DNA of 64,000 bases from Chloroflexota bacterium (GTDB lineage Bacteria; Chloroflexota; UBA6077; FW602-bin22; JAMCVK01): the NCBI GenBank assembly GCA_023475225.1, contig JAMCVK010000036.1:26164-90163 (forward strand). Direction: 5' to 3'. Of the stretch, positions 43,817-54,436 are shown one piece after another. Within the stretch, counting starts at the first letter, position 1. Each line of letters begins with the position of its first letter. The position numbers were made by a program, and so were the translations under genes. Under the pieces are notes generated by a model. The model made no database searches. It saw only the letters and a program-made list of their open reading frames with translations, and had not been told where the DNA came from.

Positions 43817-44035
43817 GTTGAACATCTCCCCCAAACCCCCTCAAGGGGGTTCAAGGTAGCCCTGCGGGCTTTTTTGTTGAATAGGGGGACACCCCCTGTG
43901 ACCCCCGGCAGGAGGGCTTCGCCCCCCCCTGCACTCCCCATCAAGGCGGCTCGGCAGTCCTTTTGTATTTTGGGGCACATCCGTCTGAAAAACCCGGCCA
44001 AAGGGGCTGCACCCCCTTGGAACCCCCACTGTTCA
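43817..44035 (+). repeat. R1 dispersed repeat, long variant with a ~95-nt internal insertion
   Basis: The R1 5' and 3' modules are intact. The insert AATAGGGGGACACCCCCTGTGACCCCCGGCAGGAGGGCTTCGCCCCCCCCTGCACTCCCCATCAAGGCGG shares a module with R2 at 17125-17160. The 3' end overlaps the cobU stop codon. Confidence 0.8.
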
Positions 44036-44593
44036 GTCTCTTGATAGCATCTTCACGGGCAGGGGTAATCCAGCTACCATCAGGTAGACCTCATCGGCCC
44101 GCTTGGCCAGGATATGGTTCGCCCGGCCAAGGAGGTCACGATAAACTCTTCCCAAAGGATAGGGTGGGATGAGTCCCATACCGACTTCATTGGAGACGAT
44201 GATGAGCGTAGCCTCATTCTGATCATAGTACTGGAGTAGCGCCTCTATCTCGCTCTCCAGCCGTTTCTCGGCGGCGAGTGTATTGTTTGTATTCTCTAAG
44301 AGAAGATTGGCGGTAAGAAGGGTCAGACAGTCGATGAGCACTACCTGAGCTTTGTATCTCTCCTGTTGTAGGTTCTCCGCTATCCCGACGGGGACCTCCA
44401 GCGTCCGCCAGCCCGGTGGTCTGGATTGCTTGTGTTTGGTGATGCGCTGCTGCATCTCCTCGTCCTCCGCTGTAGCCGTAGCCACGAAGAGGACAGCGCC
44501 TCCCTGTTCTTCAGCCAGCCTCTCGGCGAAGGCACTCTTGCCACTGCGTGCACCACCCAGAATTAGAATTAAGCGCTTAGACATGGTCATCAT
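44033..44593 (-). CDS. cobU: Adenosylcobinamide kinase / adenosylcobinamide-phosphate guanylyltransferase
   Basis: 186 aa. Contains the P-loop LILGGARSGKSAFAE. Confidence 0.85.
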   Translation of the reverse strand: MMTMSKRLILILGGARSGKSAFAERLAEEQGGAVLFVATATAEDEEMQQRITKHKQSRPPGWRTLEVPVGIAENLQQERYKAQVVLIDCLTLLTANLLLENTNNTLAAEKRLESEIEALLQYYDQNEATLIIVSNEVGMGLIPPYPLGRVYRDLLGRANHILAKRADEVYLMVAGLPLPVKMLSRD

Positions 44594-46109
44594 CCCTCAG
44601 ACCACAGATCCTATACAATAGGGGCATGTTCAGGCTTTCTCTAACCACGGCGGCCAGCCGGTCGTATGGTTCCTCCTGTGGGATGGACTTGCCCCATTGG
44701 AGATGATCTAGCCCCTTGCGCTCGGCCAATTTTTGCAATAGCGAGGCCCGCAGCTTGGCGTTGTGGAAGAGGCCATGCATGTATGTCCCGATAATGTGCC
44801 CTTCTGGGTCGAGGGCACCATCCGGCACGCTGACCGATGTCCCAGCCCTCCAGATTACCGTGAAAGGAGGGCGCGTTTCTACCGTACTTGTGCGACCCAT
44901 GTGAATCTCATACCCCTCTATCTCATCGCCGATTGCTCGTTCGAGTAAGCCAGGCTGAGGGTTCACCGTAGCCTTCACCTGGTGGGTAAGTTTCTTATCC
45001 TGGAAGATGGTGTTGACCGGCAAAAGGTCGAGGCCAGCTACGATTCCCCCTTGAGACTCTACACCCAAGGGGTCCTGGATCGTCTGGCCAAGCATCTGAT
45101 AGCCGCCACAGATACCGATGATAGGGGTGCCCCCTTGGGCCAGGGCGATGATTCTGTCGGCCAGGCCAGTCTGCCTTAAATGCAGCATGTCTGCGATGGT
45201 AGTCTTGGTACCCGGGATGATGATGAGATCGGGCTGTCTAAGGTCAGCCACCCTCCTTACATAGCGTACCTTCACCTCCTCCTCCTGTCCAAGGGGATCG
45301 AAGTCATCAAAGTTGGAGATGTGGGGTAAGTGGATCACGGCTATGTCAATGAGGTGGGGAGGATCGAGAGCTGAAGGCCGCTGTTCCAGATAGACGGAGT
45401 CCTCCTCAGCCACCTTAAGGGCGTGGAGGTAAGGGATTACGCCTAAAACGGGAACGCCGCTACGTTCTTCTAGAAGGGCCAACCCTGGTTGCAGGAGAGA
45501 GAGGTCGCCGCGGAATTTGTTGATGACCAGGCCACGTACGAGGGCGCGCTCATCGGGGTCAAGGAGGGTGAGTGTGCCTACCAAGGCGGCGAAGACGCCC
45601 CCGCGATCAATGTCGCCTACTAGCAGCACTGGGGAGGCAGCCATTTTGGCCACATGCATGTTCACGATCTCGTCTTTTTTCAGGTTTATCTCCGCCGGGC
45701 TGCCGGCGCCTTCGATGACTACCACCTCATATGTGGCTCGCAGCCGCTCCAGGCTCTCCTGGACGATGTCCAGGAAGGCAGTGCGGTGACGATAGTATTC
45801 CCCGGCTGCGAGGGTGGCATAGGGTCGCCCCAACAGGATAACCTGGGAGCGGGTATCGGCCTCCGGTTTGAGGAGGATGGGGTTCATATCCACTGTAGGC
45901 GCAATGCCGGCCGCCTCTGCCTGTACCGCCTGAGCCCGGCCTATCTCCCCGCCATCGGCCGTGACGTAGGAGTTAAGGGCCATATTTTGGGCCTTAAACG
46001 GGGCCACGCGATAACCATCCTGTCTGAGGATGCGGCAGAGGGCAGCGACAAGGATGCTCTTACCTACCGAGGAGGCAGTGCCCTGCACCATGATAGTCTT
46101 AGCCTTCAT
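44577..46109 (-). CDS. cbiP: Cobyric acid synthase
   Basis: 510 aa. Contains IMVQGTASSVGKSILVAALCRIL and a C-terminal GATase domain (GICGGYQMLG). Confidence 0.9.
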   Translation of the reverse strand: MKAKTIMVQGTASSVGKSILVAALCRILRQDGYRVAPFKAQNMALNSYVTADGGEIGRAQAVQAEAAGIAPTVDMNPILLKPEADTRSQVILLGRPYATLAAGEYYRHRTAFLDIVQESLERLRATYEVVVIEGAGSPAEINLKKDEIVNMHVAKMAASPVLLVGDIDRGGVFAALVGTLTLLDPDERALVRGLVINKFRGDLSLLQPGLALLEERSGVPVLGVIPYLHALKVAEEDSVYLEQRPSALDPPHLIDIAVIHLPHISNFDDFDPLGQEEEVKVRYVRRVADLRQPDLIIIPGTKTTIADMLHLRQTGLADRIIALAQGGTPIIGICGGYQMLGQTIQDPLGVESQGGIVAGLDLLPVNTIFQDKKLTHQVKATVNPQPGLLERAIGDEIEGYEIHMGRTSTVETRPPFTVIWRAGTSVSVPDGALDPEGHIIGTYMHGLFHNAKLRASLLQKLAERKGLDHLQWGKSIPQEEPYDRLAAVVRESLNMPLLYRICGLRDDDHV

Positions 46110-46714
46110 TCTGTACCCCTCAGGTGACAGGTATCGTTCAGGAGGGAGAGTATGGCTCCCTCAGGGTAAATATCAACGATCGAGAGACTGGCATAGTCCA
46201 GGCGCAGTTGCCAGTAGGACCCTGAAGGAAGCCCTAAAAGCCGACAGAGGAGCAGGCGCAGAGGACCGCTGTGGCTGACTATCAGTACCACCCCATTCCA
46301 CTGCTCAATATCGACGAATATGATGCTTACTCGCCTCTCTAATTGGGCCAGAGATTCGCCATCAGGTGGGGCAGCATCTTTTGGGTCGCCGTGTAGCGCC
46401 CCTATCAACTCTGGGTAATCCAAACGTATCTCTGCATAGGTTAGTCCTTCCCATCCTCCGAAGCACCTCTCCCGCAGCTCACGGCGCAATACAGGCACAA
46501 GCTTATGTCCACGGGCGATGATCTGGGCTGTTTCTGAGGCGCGCTGCAGGTCGCTACTGTAAATGGCCTCAAGGGGCTCGTTGAGCAGTCGCTGGTGCAG
46601 ATACTCCGCCTGCTTCAGGCCGAGAGGGCTTAACGGCACGTCGCTATGGCCCTGATAGCGCAGTGTGTTCATTGCCAAGGCTGCGCCGTGGCGCACAAGG
46701 AATAGTCTAGCCAA
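46106..46714 (-). CDS. cobC: Alpha-ribazole phosphatase (histidine phosphatase family)
   Basis: 202 aa. Contains the LFLVRHGA RHG motif. The assignment is supported by its cob operon context. Confidence 0.75.
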   Translation of the reverse strand: MARLFLVRHGAALAMNTLRYQGHSDVPLSPLGLKQAEYLHQRLLNEPLEAIYSSDLQRASETAQIIARGHKLVPVLRRELRERCFGGWEGLTYAEIRLDYPELIGALHGDPKDAAPPDGESLAQLERRVSIIFVDIEQWNGVVLIVSHSGPLRLLLCRLLGLPSGSYWQLRLDYASLSIVDIYPEGAILSLLNDTCHLRGTE

Positions 46715-47792
46715 GGATTTGCACCTCCTTGATAGCTGTTACCAGCCGCTCGCACTCCGGCTGAGTGCGTATACCGATACGGATGAATCGGGGTAGCCCG
46801 AAGGAGGTGCAGTCACGCACGCAGCAGCCTCTTTTTAACAGGGCTGAGCGGAAGAGAGTGGCGTCGCCCACCTCAACGAGGAAGAAATTAGCTGCTGTCG
46901 GGAGGACCCTGAGTCCCAAGGCGGTGATCTCATACATAAGATAGCGCTTGGCTTCCTCTATGGCTCTACATGCGCTCTCCAGATGTTCATCATCTTGCAA
47001 GGCGGCTATGCCGGCCACCTGGGCAGCAGCATTAACATTCCAGGGCGGGCACACCTTGCGCAGGGCGCCGATGATTCTACTATTTGCCAGGATATAGCCC
47101 AGCCTCAAGCCGGCCAGGGCGTAATCCTTGGTCAGTGAGCGGAGAAGACAGGTATAGCTGTGCTCAATAAGATCGACGGTGGAGTAGTGGTTCTCCACGA
47201 AGTTTATATAGGCCTCGTCAAGCACTAGTAGACTATCTTCGCAGGCGGCCAAGAGGGTTTCTAGCCTCCCGCGCTCCAGGTACACGCCGGTGGGATTGTT
47301 GGGGTTGCAGAGAAAGACTAATCGGGGTTTCTCCCTGCGGATGAGTCTTAGCGTTTGGTCCAGGTCCGGACGAAACGCATCCTCTACCCGGGCTCTCTGT
47401 TCGATGACTCTGGCGTTGGTGATGCGGCTGACCCGCTCATACTCACCAAAGGTAGGGCCGCTGATGAGCACAGTATCCCCTGGGCGGATATAGGCCAGGG
47501 CCAGGAGCCAGATCAGTTCCACCGAACCATTAGCAACGATGATCTGCTCCATAGCAACCCCTAGCTTTCTGGCCAGGACTTGGCGTAGCTCTATGGCTTC
47601 GCTATCGGGATAACGGGCGACATCCACCTCTGTCAGAGCGAGCGCCACGCGAGGCGAAGGACCAAAGGGGTTGGAATTGACGCTGAAGTCAAGGATATCC
47701 TGAGGACTAAGTCCGAGTTGCTCCATCTCCCTTCGATTTGCTGTACCGTGGGGACAGATGGCCAGGTCCCTTAACCATTCTTTAGGTAGCAT
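46707..47792 (-). CDS. cobD: L-threonine-O-3-phosphate decarboxylase (class I/II aminotransferase fold)
   Basis: 361 aa. Contains LCNPNNPTG and SLTKDYALAGLRLGY (PLP lysine region). The assignment is supported by its cob context. Confidence 0.8.
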   Translation of the reverse strand: MLPKEWLRDLAICPHGTANRREMEQLGLSPQDILDFSVNSNPFGPSPRVALALTEVDVARYPDSEAIELRQVLARKLGVAMEQIIVANGSVELIWLLALAYIRPGDTVLISGPTFGEYERVSRITNARVIEQRARVEDAFRPDLDQTLRLIRREKPRLVFLCNPNNPTGVYLERGRLETLLAACEDSLLVLDEAYINFVENHYSTVDLIEHSYTCLLRSLTKDYALAGLRLGYILANSRIIGALRKVCPPWNVNAAAQVAGIAALQDDEHLESACRAIEEAKRYLMYEITALGLRVLPTAANFFLVEVGDATLFRSALLKRGCCVRDCTSFGLPRFIRIGIRTQPECERLVTAIKEVQILG

Positions 47793-48708
47793 GTCTCACC
47801 ACCTCGATGGCCAGAGAGAATAGAGCGGTGAGCGTAACAGTGGCCCACATAATAGATAAAGATTGATCAATCATTGCTGGGGATAGCGGGGTGCTGGTTT
47901 CGCCTAGCTTGTAATGTCCCACCTTTTCGAGCTGAACGCCTAGCGCTCCGGCCATGGCACTCATCGTCCAACCGGCATTGGGGCTCTCGGTGACTCGGCG
48001 GTAGCGCAACATCATGTGCCATGCCTGCTGGGCATCGTTGCCTGTTAGATGAGCCGCTATCACCATGAACAGGGCCGCCAGACGGGCGGGCACAAAGTTG
48101 GCCAGGTCATCCAGCCTAGCAGCCACCTTACCCAGGTATTCATAGCGACCATGGTAACCGATCATAGAATCGAAGGTGTTGATCAAGCGGTAGGCGATAG
48201 CCCCAGGCACACCGAAGAGTAGATAATAGAAGAGGGGTGCGACGAAGGAGTCATTGGTGTTTTCAGCCACCGACTCCACCGCCGCGGCCACGGTCAGTGG
48301 TTCGGCCAGTTCATCTGTGTTACGGCTTACTAGACTTCTCAATCTTGCTCTGGCTGTTTCCACCTTCCCCTCAAGGAGTGGGCCCTTTACCTGCTGAGCG
48401 GCGCGGTGTAGTTCTTTTACGGCGAAGGTTGCCTTGAGAAGCAGGCTGCTTATAAATATGTAGATCAGTGTAGGCCAATGCTCTAAATAACCGAGTAGAA
48501 CCCACACTGGCACAGCAAAAAGAAGTACGCCGAAGCACACCATCGCTGCTCCATAAAGGAGCTGTGGCCCGCGCCCGTTCTCAGGGGCGTACCTCTCTAA
48601 GAAGGTGATGAGCCGTCCCATCCATACCACAGGATGGAGCGACGCCGGCAGTTCGCCGAGAGTGAGATCAAGGATTAAGGCGATGACTAAGATAGCTATC
48701 TCGTTCAC
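47782..48708 (-). CDS. cbiB: Adenosylcobinamide-phosphate synthase
   Basis: 308 aa membrane protein. Contains ILDLTLGELPASLHPVVWMGRLI, a typical CbiB N-terminus. Confidence 0.85.
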   Translation of the reverse strand: MNEIAILVIALILDLTLGELPASLHPVVWMGRLITFLERYAPENGRGPQLLYGAAMVCFGVLLFAVPVWVLLGYLEHWPTLIYIFISSLLLKATFAVKELHRAAQQVKGPLLEGKVETARARLRSLVSRNTDELAEPLTVAAAVESVAENTNDSFVAPLFYYLLFGVPGAIAYRLINTFDSMIGYHGRYEYLGKVAARLDDLANFVPARLAALFMVIAAHLTGNDAQQAWHMMLRYRRVTESPNAGWTMSAMAGALGVQLEKVGHYKLGETSTPLSPAMIDQSLSIMWATVTLTALFSLAIEVVRHAT

Positions 48709-50105
48709 GCTGTACCCTTCTCTGCCCAGCGGGCACAGGAGGCGATGAAGTTAGGGGCCAGAGCAGGGTTGCTGCCAAAATGTAAGTGCACGTACGAGGC
48801 TAGCAGATGTCCCCTGCTGTAGCCTTCCATCCGCCCTGGTCGGTCATCCAGCACATCGTAGGCAGCTTCCGTCTTGGCTATATTCTTTTCTAACTCTGAC
48901 CAATGGAATTCGTGTCCCCGTACTGTATCCCCACGTTGTAGGAGAGGGGTATCTCGGCGGGCTCTCACCGTCACATATCCCAGGCGCATCCTTCTCTGGC
49001 GCATAAGAGTCTGGCTGGGTATCGCCCCTACCATTTCGTATCGCCTCCCCTCGAAATCGACGATGCCTTGGGAGAGATACATCAGCCCCCCGCACTCAGC
49101 GTATATGGGCATGCCGGCCGCTACGGCCATTTTGATTGAGTGCTGCATCGATCGGTTCGCCGACAGGCCCGCGGCGTAGAGCTCGGGGAAACCTCCACCG
49201 ATGTAAACTCCGCTGATGTCAGAGGGAAGCGCTGGATCATGCAGTGGGCTGAAGGGGAGGAGCCTTGCCCCCCAGGCGCTGAGGAGGTCCAGGTTGTCCT
49301 GATAATAAAAGCTGAAGGCCTCATCCTGGGCCACAGCGATGCTCACCTGCCTCTCTGGTTGCTCCTTGGTGAATAAGCCTGTAGTGATCGCAGGCAACGG
49401 TTCGGCTGATCGAGCGATGCGCACTACCTCCCTCAAGTTGATAGTCTTCGTGACCTGTTGGATCAGTCTCTCTAGAAATTCGTCCCAGGCATCCCCCTCT
49501 GTGGTGGGGATCAGTCCCAGGTGGCGCTCGGGGAGGACGAGCTCTTCCTGTCTGGGGAGATAACCGACTACAGGTATGCGGGTGGCCTTCTCGATGGCCT
49601 CAGTGACCCAACGTCGGTGGGATTCGCTCCCTACTTGGTTAAGGATAACCCCAGCCAGGCGCAGCTCAGGATCAAAATTTAGATAGCCGAGAACGACGGC
49701 AGCGGCGCTGCGAGCCATCTTACTTATGTCTATCACTAGGAGGACTGGCGAGCGGAGCAGTTTAGCCAATTCGGCTGTACTGCCTGTCTCCTCATGCCCA
49801 GAGCGGCCATCAAAGAGTCCCATCACCCCCTCGATTATGGCTATATCGGCCTTCTCCACAGCGTGGAGGTAGAGTTCGAGCAGTGATGCCCCTGGGAGCA
49901 TCCAGGGATCCAGGTTGCGCGAGGTGGCGTCGGCGATGCGACTGTGGTAGCTGGGGTCGATGTAGTCAGGCCCGGCCTTGAAAGGCTGGATCTTGAATCC
50001 GCGCCGTCTCAAGGCCCCCATTATGCCTGTAGCTATGGTAGTCTTACCCACACCGCTACTGACCCCAGCGATGATCAAGCGCGGTATCTGTCTACTGGTA
50101 CTCAT
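48705..50105 (-). CDS. cbiA: Cobyrinate a,c-diamide synthase
   Basis: 466 aa. Contains IAGVSSGVGKTTIATGIMGALRRRGFKIQPFKAGPDYIDPSYH and a C-terminal GATase domain (YAECGGLMYL). Confidence 0.9.
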   Translation of the reverse strand: MSTSRQIPRLIIAGVSSGVGKTTIATGIMGALRRRGFKIQPFKAGPDYIDPSYHSRIADATSRNLDPWMLPGASLLELYLHAVEKADIAIIEGVMGLFDGRSGHEETGSTAELAKLLRSPVLLVIDISKMARSAAAVVLGYLNFDPELRLAGVILNQVGSESHRRWVTEAIEKATRIPVVGYLPRQEELVLPERHLGLIPTTEGDAWDEFLERLIQQVTKTINLREVVRIARSAEPLPAITTGLFTKEQPERQVSIAVAQDEAFSFYYQDNLDLLSAWGARLLPFSPLHDPALPSDISGVYIGGGFPELYAAGLSANRSMQHSIKMAVAAGMPIYAECGGLMYLSQGIVDFEGRRYEMVGAIPSQTLMRQRRMRLGYVTVRARRDTPLLQRGDTVRGHEFHWSELEKNIAKTEAAYDVLDDRPGRMEGYSRGHLLASYVHLHFGSNPALAPNFIASCARWAEKGTA

Positions 50106-50914
50106 GGGTTCATCGTCCTTCCAGCAACCAGGAGTAATAGAGTGATAGCTTCGGTCACTTCATTGATCGCCCCATAAGTGTCTCCAGTGAGGCCTGGAAT
50201 TTTAGTCATGATATATTTCGCCAGAAGCCAGGTGCTCAGCCAGATAAAGATAAGGAGCGCTATCCCCCATACCTGCAAAAACCACCCCACTACCAGAGTG
50301 GTCAGGAGGGTGGCAAGGAGGGCCTGTCCCCGCGAGGCCTGCCCTTTGAAGGGTGTGCCCTTTCCCTGACTGCGGGCGTAAGGGAAGGCCCAGATAGCGT
50401 AGGACATCGCCCAGCGTCCGAGGGTGGCCATCAGGATGAGCCCACCCAGACGGAAGTCGGCTGGCAAGGCGCTCAATGAGGCATACTTAAGGAGCAATAT
50501 GGAGATGGCCCCAACCACGCCAAAGCCGCCGACACGGCTATCTCGCATTATGTCAAGCATTTGTGGCGCTTCCTTGTGGCTGAAGAGTCCATCGCAGGCA
50601 TCCATGAGCCCATCTAGATGCAGAGCGCCCGTGAGCCACACTAAAGAGACTACCAGCAGAGCGTTGACTATGGTTGGAGGGAAGGCGAGCTGTAAGAGCG
50701 CGTCCAGCCCAGCCAGGATAAGTCCTAAGAGCAACCCAACTATAGGGAAGTAGGCCAGCGAGCGACCCAGCGTGGCTACGCTGACCTCGCGCTGGAGGAA
50801 GGGTGGGAGAATGGTCAGGAACTGCACTGCCGTGAGGAGCCGGTAACATTCCTCTCGGAAGATTCGAGGCAGGGCGGGCAACTCTCTATATGATTTCAGG
50901 ATACTCTTGGCCAT
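50102..50914 (-). CDS. cobS: Adenosylcobinamide-GDP ribazoletransferase (cobalamin synthase)
   Basis: 270 aa polytopic protein. Contains AVQFLTILP and HLDGLMDACDG motifs. Confidence 0.85.
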   Translation of the reverse strand: MAKSILKSYRELPALPRIFREECYRLLTAVQFLTILPPFLQREVSVATLGRSLAYFPIVGLLLGLILAGLDALLQLAFPPTIVNALLVVSLVWLTGALHLDGLMDACDGLFSHKEAPQMLDIMRDSRVGGFGVVGAISILLLKYASLSALPADFRLGGLILMATLGRWAMSYAIWAFPYARSQGKGTPFKGQASRGQALLATLLTTLVVGWFLQVWGIALLIFIWLSTWLLAKYIMTKIPGLTGDTYGAINEVTEAITLLLLVAGRTMNP

Positions 50915-50922
50915 CTCATACC

Positions 50923-51462
50923 TCAGAATTCGATGCCCCTCTGTCCCATGAGCCCATTTTTAAAGGGGTGCTTAATTTCTCGCATCTCGGTGACCAGGTC
51001 GGCTTCGTCGATCACGGCCGGGTGGGCATTCCGACCGGTCAGGATGAGATGTAATCCGGCCGGTTTCTCTCGGATAAGATGGACGACCTCCTCAACGGAA
51101 AGCAATCCGTAGGAGATCACGTAATTTACCTCGTCCAGGACGATCACATCGTAGCTCCCGGCCAGGATGTGGGAGCGGGCGAACTCCCAAGCCTGACGGA
51201 TGAGTTGCCGATTCCTGGCGGCGTGTTTCTCCTCTTCGCTCCGCAGGAATCCCTGCCCCATAGGGACGATTTGCAGATTTGGACTCAGCCTTTTCGCCGC
51301 TCTCACCTCACCGCTATGCCAGGCGCCCTTGATGAACTGGACGATGAGCACCCGCAGGTCATGCCCCACGGCACGAAGAGCTATCCCCAGGGCAGCTGTG
51401 GTCTTGCCCTTGCCGTCTCCCGTATGGACGATAATCAATCCTTTACGCTCTTTTCTCTTCAT
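50923..51462 (-). CDS. cobO: Cob(I)yrinic acid a,c-diamide adenosyltransferase (CobO/BtuR type)
   Basis: 179 aa. Contains GLIIVHTGDGKGKTTAALG and VLDEVNY. Confidence 0.85.
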   Translation of the reverse strand: MKRKERKGLIIVHTGDGKGKTTAALGIALRAVGHDLRVLIVQFIKGAWHSGEVRAAKRLSPNLQIVPMGQGFLRSEEEKHAARNRQLIRQAWEFARSHILAGSYDVIVLDEVNYVISYGLLSVEEVVHLIREKPAGLHLILTGRNAHPAVIDEADLVTEMREIKHPFKNGLMGQRGIEF

Positions 51463-52292
51463 TGATCGTCCCTGAGCATATCCTGAGCGGTGCGCTCGTC
51501 GTATCCGTTGCTGGCCGTGATGAGCGCTGTAGGCAATTTGTTTAAGGGATGAGCCAGGATGTGGACATCGGTCTCGTAGACGGTCCGGATGTTCTCCCTT
51601 GTGATCACCTGTTGAGGACTTCCCTGAGTATAGATTCGCCCCACAGAGAGCAGGATCAGTCGCTCGCAGTACTGGGCGGCCAGGTTCAGGTCGTGGAAGA
51701 CAGCCAGCACAGCCAGATCGTGTTTTCGGTGCAGCTGCCGCACCAGCTCTAATACAGATATCTGATGATTGATATCCAGGTGGGCGGTTGGCTCATCCAG
51801 CAGGAGGAGGCGTGGTTCCTGAGCCAGGGCGCGGGCGATGATTACCCGCTGGCGTTCGCCACCGGATAGCTCCTCGATTCGCCTCTCAGCTATCTCCCAC
51901 GTATCAGTCAGTTCCATAGCCCAGCGGGCCACAGCCCAATCATGCTCCCCCTCAGATTGCAAGAAGCGAAGGTGGGGTGTGCGCCCCATGAGTACGATCT
52001 CGGCTACGGTGAAGGCCTCGGGGAGGGTTGGGTTCTGAGGGACGACGGACAGCTTTTTCGCTATGGCCATCCGTGGCAGATGGGAGAGGTCTTGTCCTTC
52101 TAGCTGGATCCGTCCCTGCTCCGGCCGAAGTAATCCGCTGATACCCTTGATGAGCGTAGATTTCCCCGAGCCGTTGGGTCCTACAAGCCCTATCATCTCC
52201 CCACGGTTGAGATAGAGACTCACATCCTCTACCACCCGCCTTCTCCCATAGGAAAAGGTAACCCTATCTACCTGTAGTATGGGATGTTCCAT
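51459..52292 (-). CDS. btuD: ABC transporter ATP-binding protein (corrinoid/iron-siderophore type)
   Basis: 277 aa. Walker A is GPNGSGKST, the signature is LSGGERQRV, and Walker B is LLLDEPT. Confidence 0.8.
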   Translation of the reverse strand: MEHPILQVDRVTFSYGRRRVVEDVSLYLNRGEMIGLVGPNGSGKSTLIKGISGLLRPEQGRIQLEGQDLSHLPRMAIAKKLSVVPQNPTLPEAFTVAEIVLMGRTPHLRFLQSEGEHDWAVARWAMELTDTWEIAERRIEELSGGERQRVIIARALAQEPRLLLLDEPTAHLDINHQISVLELVRQLHRKHDLAVLAVFHDLNLAAQYCERLILLSVGRIYTQGSPQQVITRENIRTVYETDVHILAHPLNKLPTALITASNGYDERTAQDMLRDDQ

Positions 52293-53407
52293 CAGAATAC
52301 AGCCCTTTTTTTCTGGCGTAGTAGATACAGAAAAAATGGTGCTCCGCAGAAAGCGGTGATCGCTCCCACCGGGATCTCACTTGGGGCTAAAGCGATGCGG
52401 GCCAGACTATCCGTCCCGATCAGGAACGCTGCCCCGGCTATGACTGACATTGGCAGCAGGAAACGGTAATCGGGACCCCAGATAAGGCGCACAGCGTGGG
52501 GTACGATCAGCCCTATAAAGCCGATGAGCCCACTTACTGAGACAGCAGCGGCGGTAGCCAGGGTAGCCGCGGCGACCAGGATCAGCTTCAGGCGTTCCAC
52601 ATTGATGCCAAGAAGGGCGGCCTGTTCCTCGTTCAGCTGCATCACGTTCAGAGGGCGGGCGTACAGGATCATCACAGCCAACCCTAAAGCGCTATAGGGG
52701 AAGATGGTAAAAACCTGCGGCCAGCTGCTGAGGGCGAGTCCACCCAGAAGCCAGGCGTACGTGGAATGCAGTTTATCACCATTAAGGTACATCAGAAGTG
52801 AGGTGCCGGCTGAGGCCAAGGCCCCCAGGGCCACGCCAGCCAATAGTAGAGTAGTGACGGGTGTAGACCGCCCCACCTTGGCCAAGGCATAGACCATGGC
52901 TATCGTGAGTAGGGCAGCGAGAAAAGCGGCTATCTGCACGACCCCCATGCTGTAGAGTGGTAGGGGTAGGGGCAGCACGAGGGCCAGTACTGCTCCCAGG
53001 GAGGCACCGGAGGCTACACCGATGAGATAGGGGTCGGCCAGCGGATTGCGAAAGAGGGCCTGGTAAGTAGCCCCGGATACGGCCAACGATGCCCCTACTA
53101 GGCCGGCCAGAAGGACCCTGGGCAGGCGGATCTGCAGAATAACGGTCTCATAGCTGGCTGGCCAGCTAGGGACGATGTTGACCAGCTCATTGAGGGGGGA
53201 TTTCGCCAGTAATATCTGGACTATCGCCGAGACAGGGATAGCCACCGCGCCACAGGCAGCGGAGAGCATAGCTATGGCCACTAGGATCAGGAACCCCAGA
53301 GCCAGTGGAGCAACACGAGCTCCGGAGCGACGATGTAATACATCGTCGCTCCAGGTTTTCCTAACAAGAGGGGCGGCTATCTTCGCTGGCGCGCTGGTCT
53401 CGCTCAT
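52292..53407 (-). CDS. btuC: FecCD/BtuC-family ABC permease
   Basis: 371 aa polytopic protein. The C-terminal PVGAITAFCGAPFFLYLL is typical of the family. Confidence 0.8.
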   Translation of the reverse strand: MSETSAPAKIAAPLVRKTWSDDVLHRRSGARVAPLALGFLILVAIAMLSAACGAVAIPVSAIVQILLAKSPLNELVNIVPSWPASYETVILQIRLPRVLLAGLVGASLAVSGATYQALFRNPLADPYLIGVASGASLGAVLALVLPLPLPLYSMGVVQIAAFLAALLTIAMVYALAKVGRSTPVTTLLLAGVALGALASAGTSLLMYLNGDKLHSTYAWLLGGLALSSWPQVFTIFPYSALGLAVMILYARPLNVMQLNEEQAALLGINVERLKLILVAAATLATAAAVSVSGLIGFIGLIVPHAVRLIWGPDYRFLLPMSVIAGAAFLIGTDSLARIALAPSEIPVGAITAFCGAPFFLYLLRQKKRAVF

Positions 53408-54345
53408 TTAAATAGCTCCGGGTGTATAGCTTTGGCCATCATCTCCAGCCCCTCGATGACCCTTGGCCCCGGTCTGTTGACAAGGTCAGGATTGAGGACC
53501 ACAATACGCCCATTTTTCACGGCGCTGATGTTTTGCCAACCGGGACGAGACTTAACCTTCTCGGGCGTCTCTCCGGCCGGATGATCGGCGAGGAGGATCA
53601 CTTGAGGGTCCTTGAGCACGATAGTTTCCTGGTTAAGCTGTGGCCAGGCGGTCTTCGCCTCAGCAGCGATGTTCTCTCCGCCAGCCCGGCTGATCAGGTC
53701 GTCAATGAAGGTGCCTGGTCCAATGGTGATGAGGTCTGGGCTTAGCTCAAGGAAAACCCTTGGCCTGGAGGAAGCCGTCTTCGTCTTGGTGGCGATGTTG
53801 GTGAGGCGCTTTTGTATGTCAGCCGTGAGGGCAGCTGCCTCTTTAGTCTTACCGCTGAGCTTGCCTACCAGGGCAATGTTATTTAGAACAGCCTCTATAT
53901 TTTGGGGCTGAAGGACGACGACGGTTAGGCCGCGCTTTTCCAGTTCGGGCACGATGGTCTTGACGTGAATGTTCGTGGCCAGGATGAGATCGGGAGCTAG
54001 GGAAACGACCTTCTCGAGGTTGATCTTAGAGAAACTGCCAACTTTTGCCTTCGTTTTGGCCTCTGCTGGATAGTCGGAGTACTCATCAACGCCCACTACT
54101 TTGTCGCCGAGTCCCAGAGCGAAGAGGATCTCGGTGTTGCTAGGGGCTAGGGAGACGATCCTTTGAGGGGATTTTTCGATCCGTACCGTTCGCCCGGCAT
54201 CATCGGTCAGGCTGAGGGGAAAGCTTACCGTTGACGAGGAGGAGGACGCTGTTGGTGTCGAGGTCTGAGTCGTGGCTGGGGCGCAGCCGGCGATTATGCT
54301 GATGATTAGGGCCGCTAGGACAAGACATAGAAGAGGCTTTTTCAT
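53404..54345 (-). CDS. btuF: Periplasmic/lipoprotein corrinoid-binding protein (BtuF-like, class III SBP)
   Basis: 313 aa. Has a lipobox (IIAGC). Contains RIVSLAPSNTEILFALGLGDKVVGV. It is the first gene after the cobalamin riboswitch. Confidence 0.8.
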   Translation of the reverse strand: MKKPLLCLVLAALIISIIAGCAPATTQTSTPTASSSSSTVSFPLSLTDDAGRTVRIEKSPQRIVSLAPSNTEILFALGLGDKVVGVDEYSDYPAEAKTKAKVGSFSKINLEKVVSLAPDLILATNIHVKTIVPELEKRGLTVVVLQPQNIEAVLNNIALVGKLSGKTKEAAALTADIQKRLTNIATKTKTASSRPRVFLELSPDLITIGPGTFIDDLISRAGGENIAAEAKTAWPQLNQETIVLKDPQVILLADHPAGETPEKVKSRPGWQNISAVKNGRIVVLNPDLVNRPGPRVIEGLEMMAKAIHPELFK

Positions 54346-54436
54346 CCAGTTCTCCTTGTTAAGATAGAATGTTGCCCCAAATAGAAGAGCCCCCGCCTTC
54401 CAAGGATAGGCGGGGAACTATCGCTGGTGGATACAA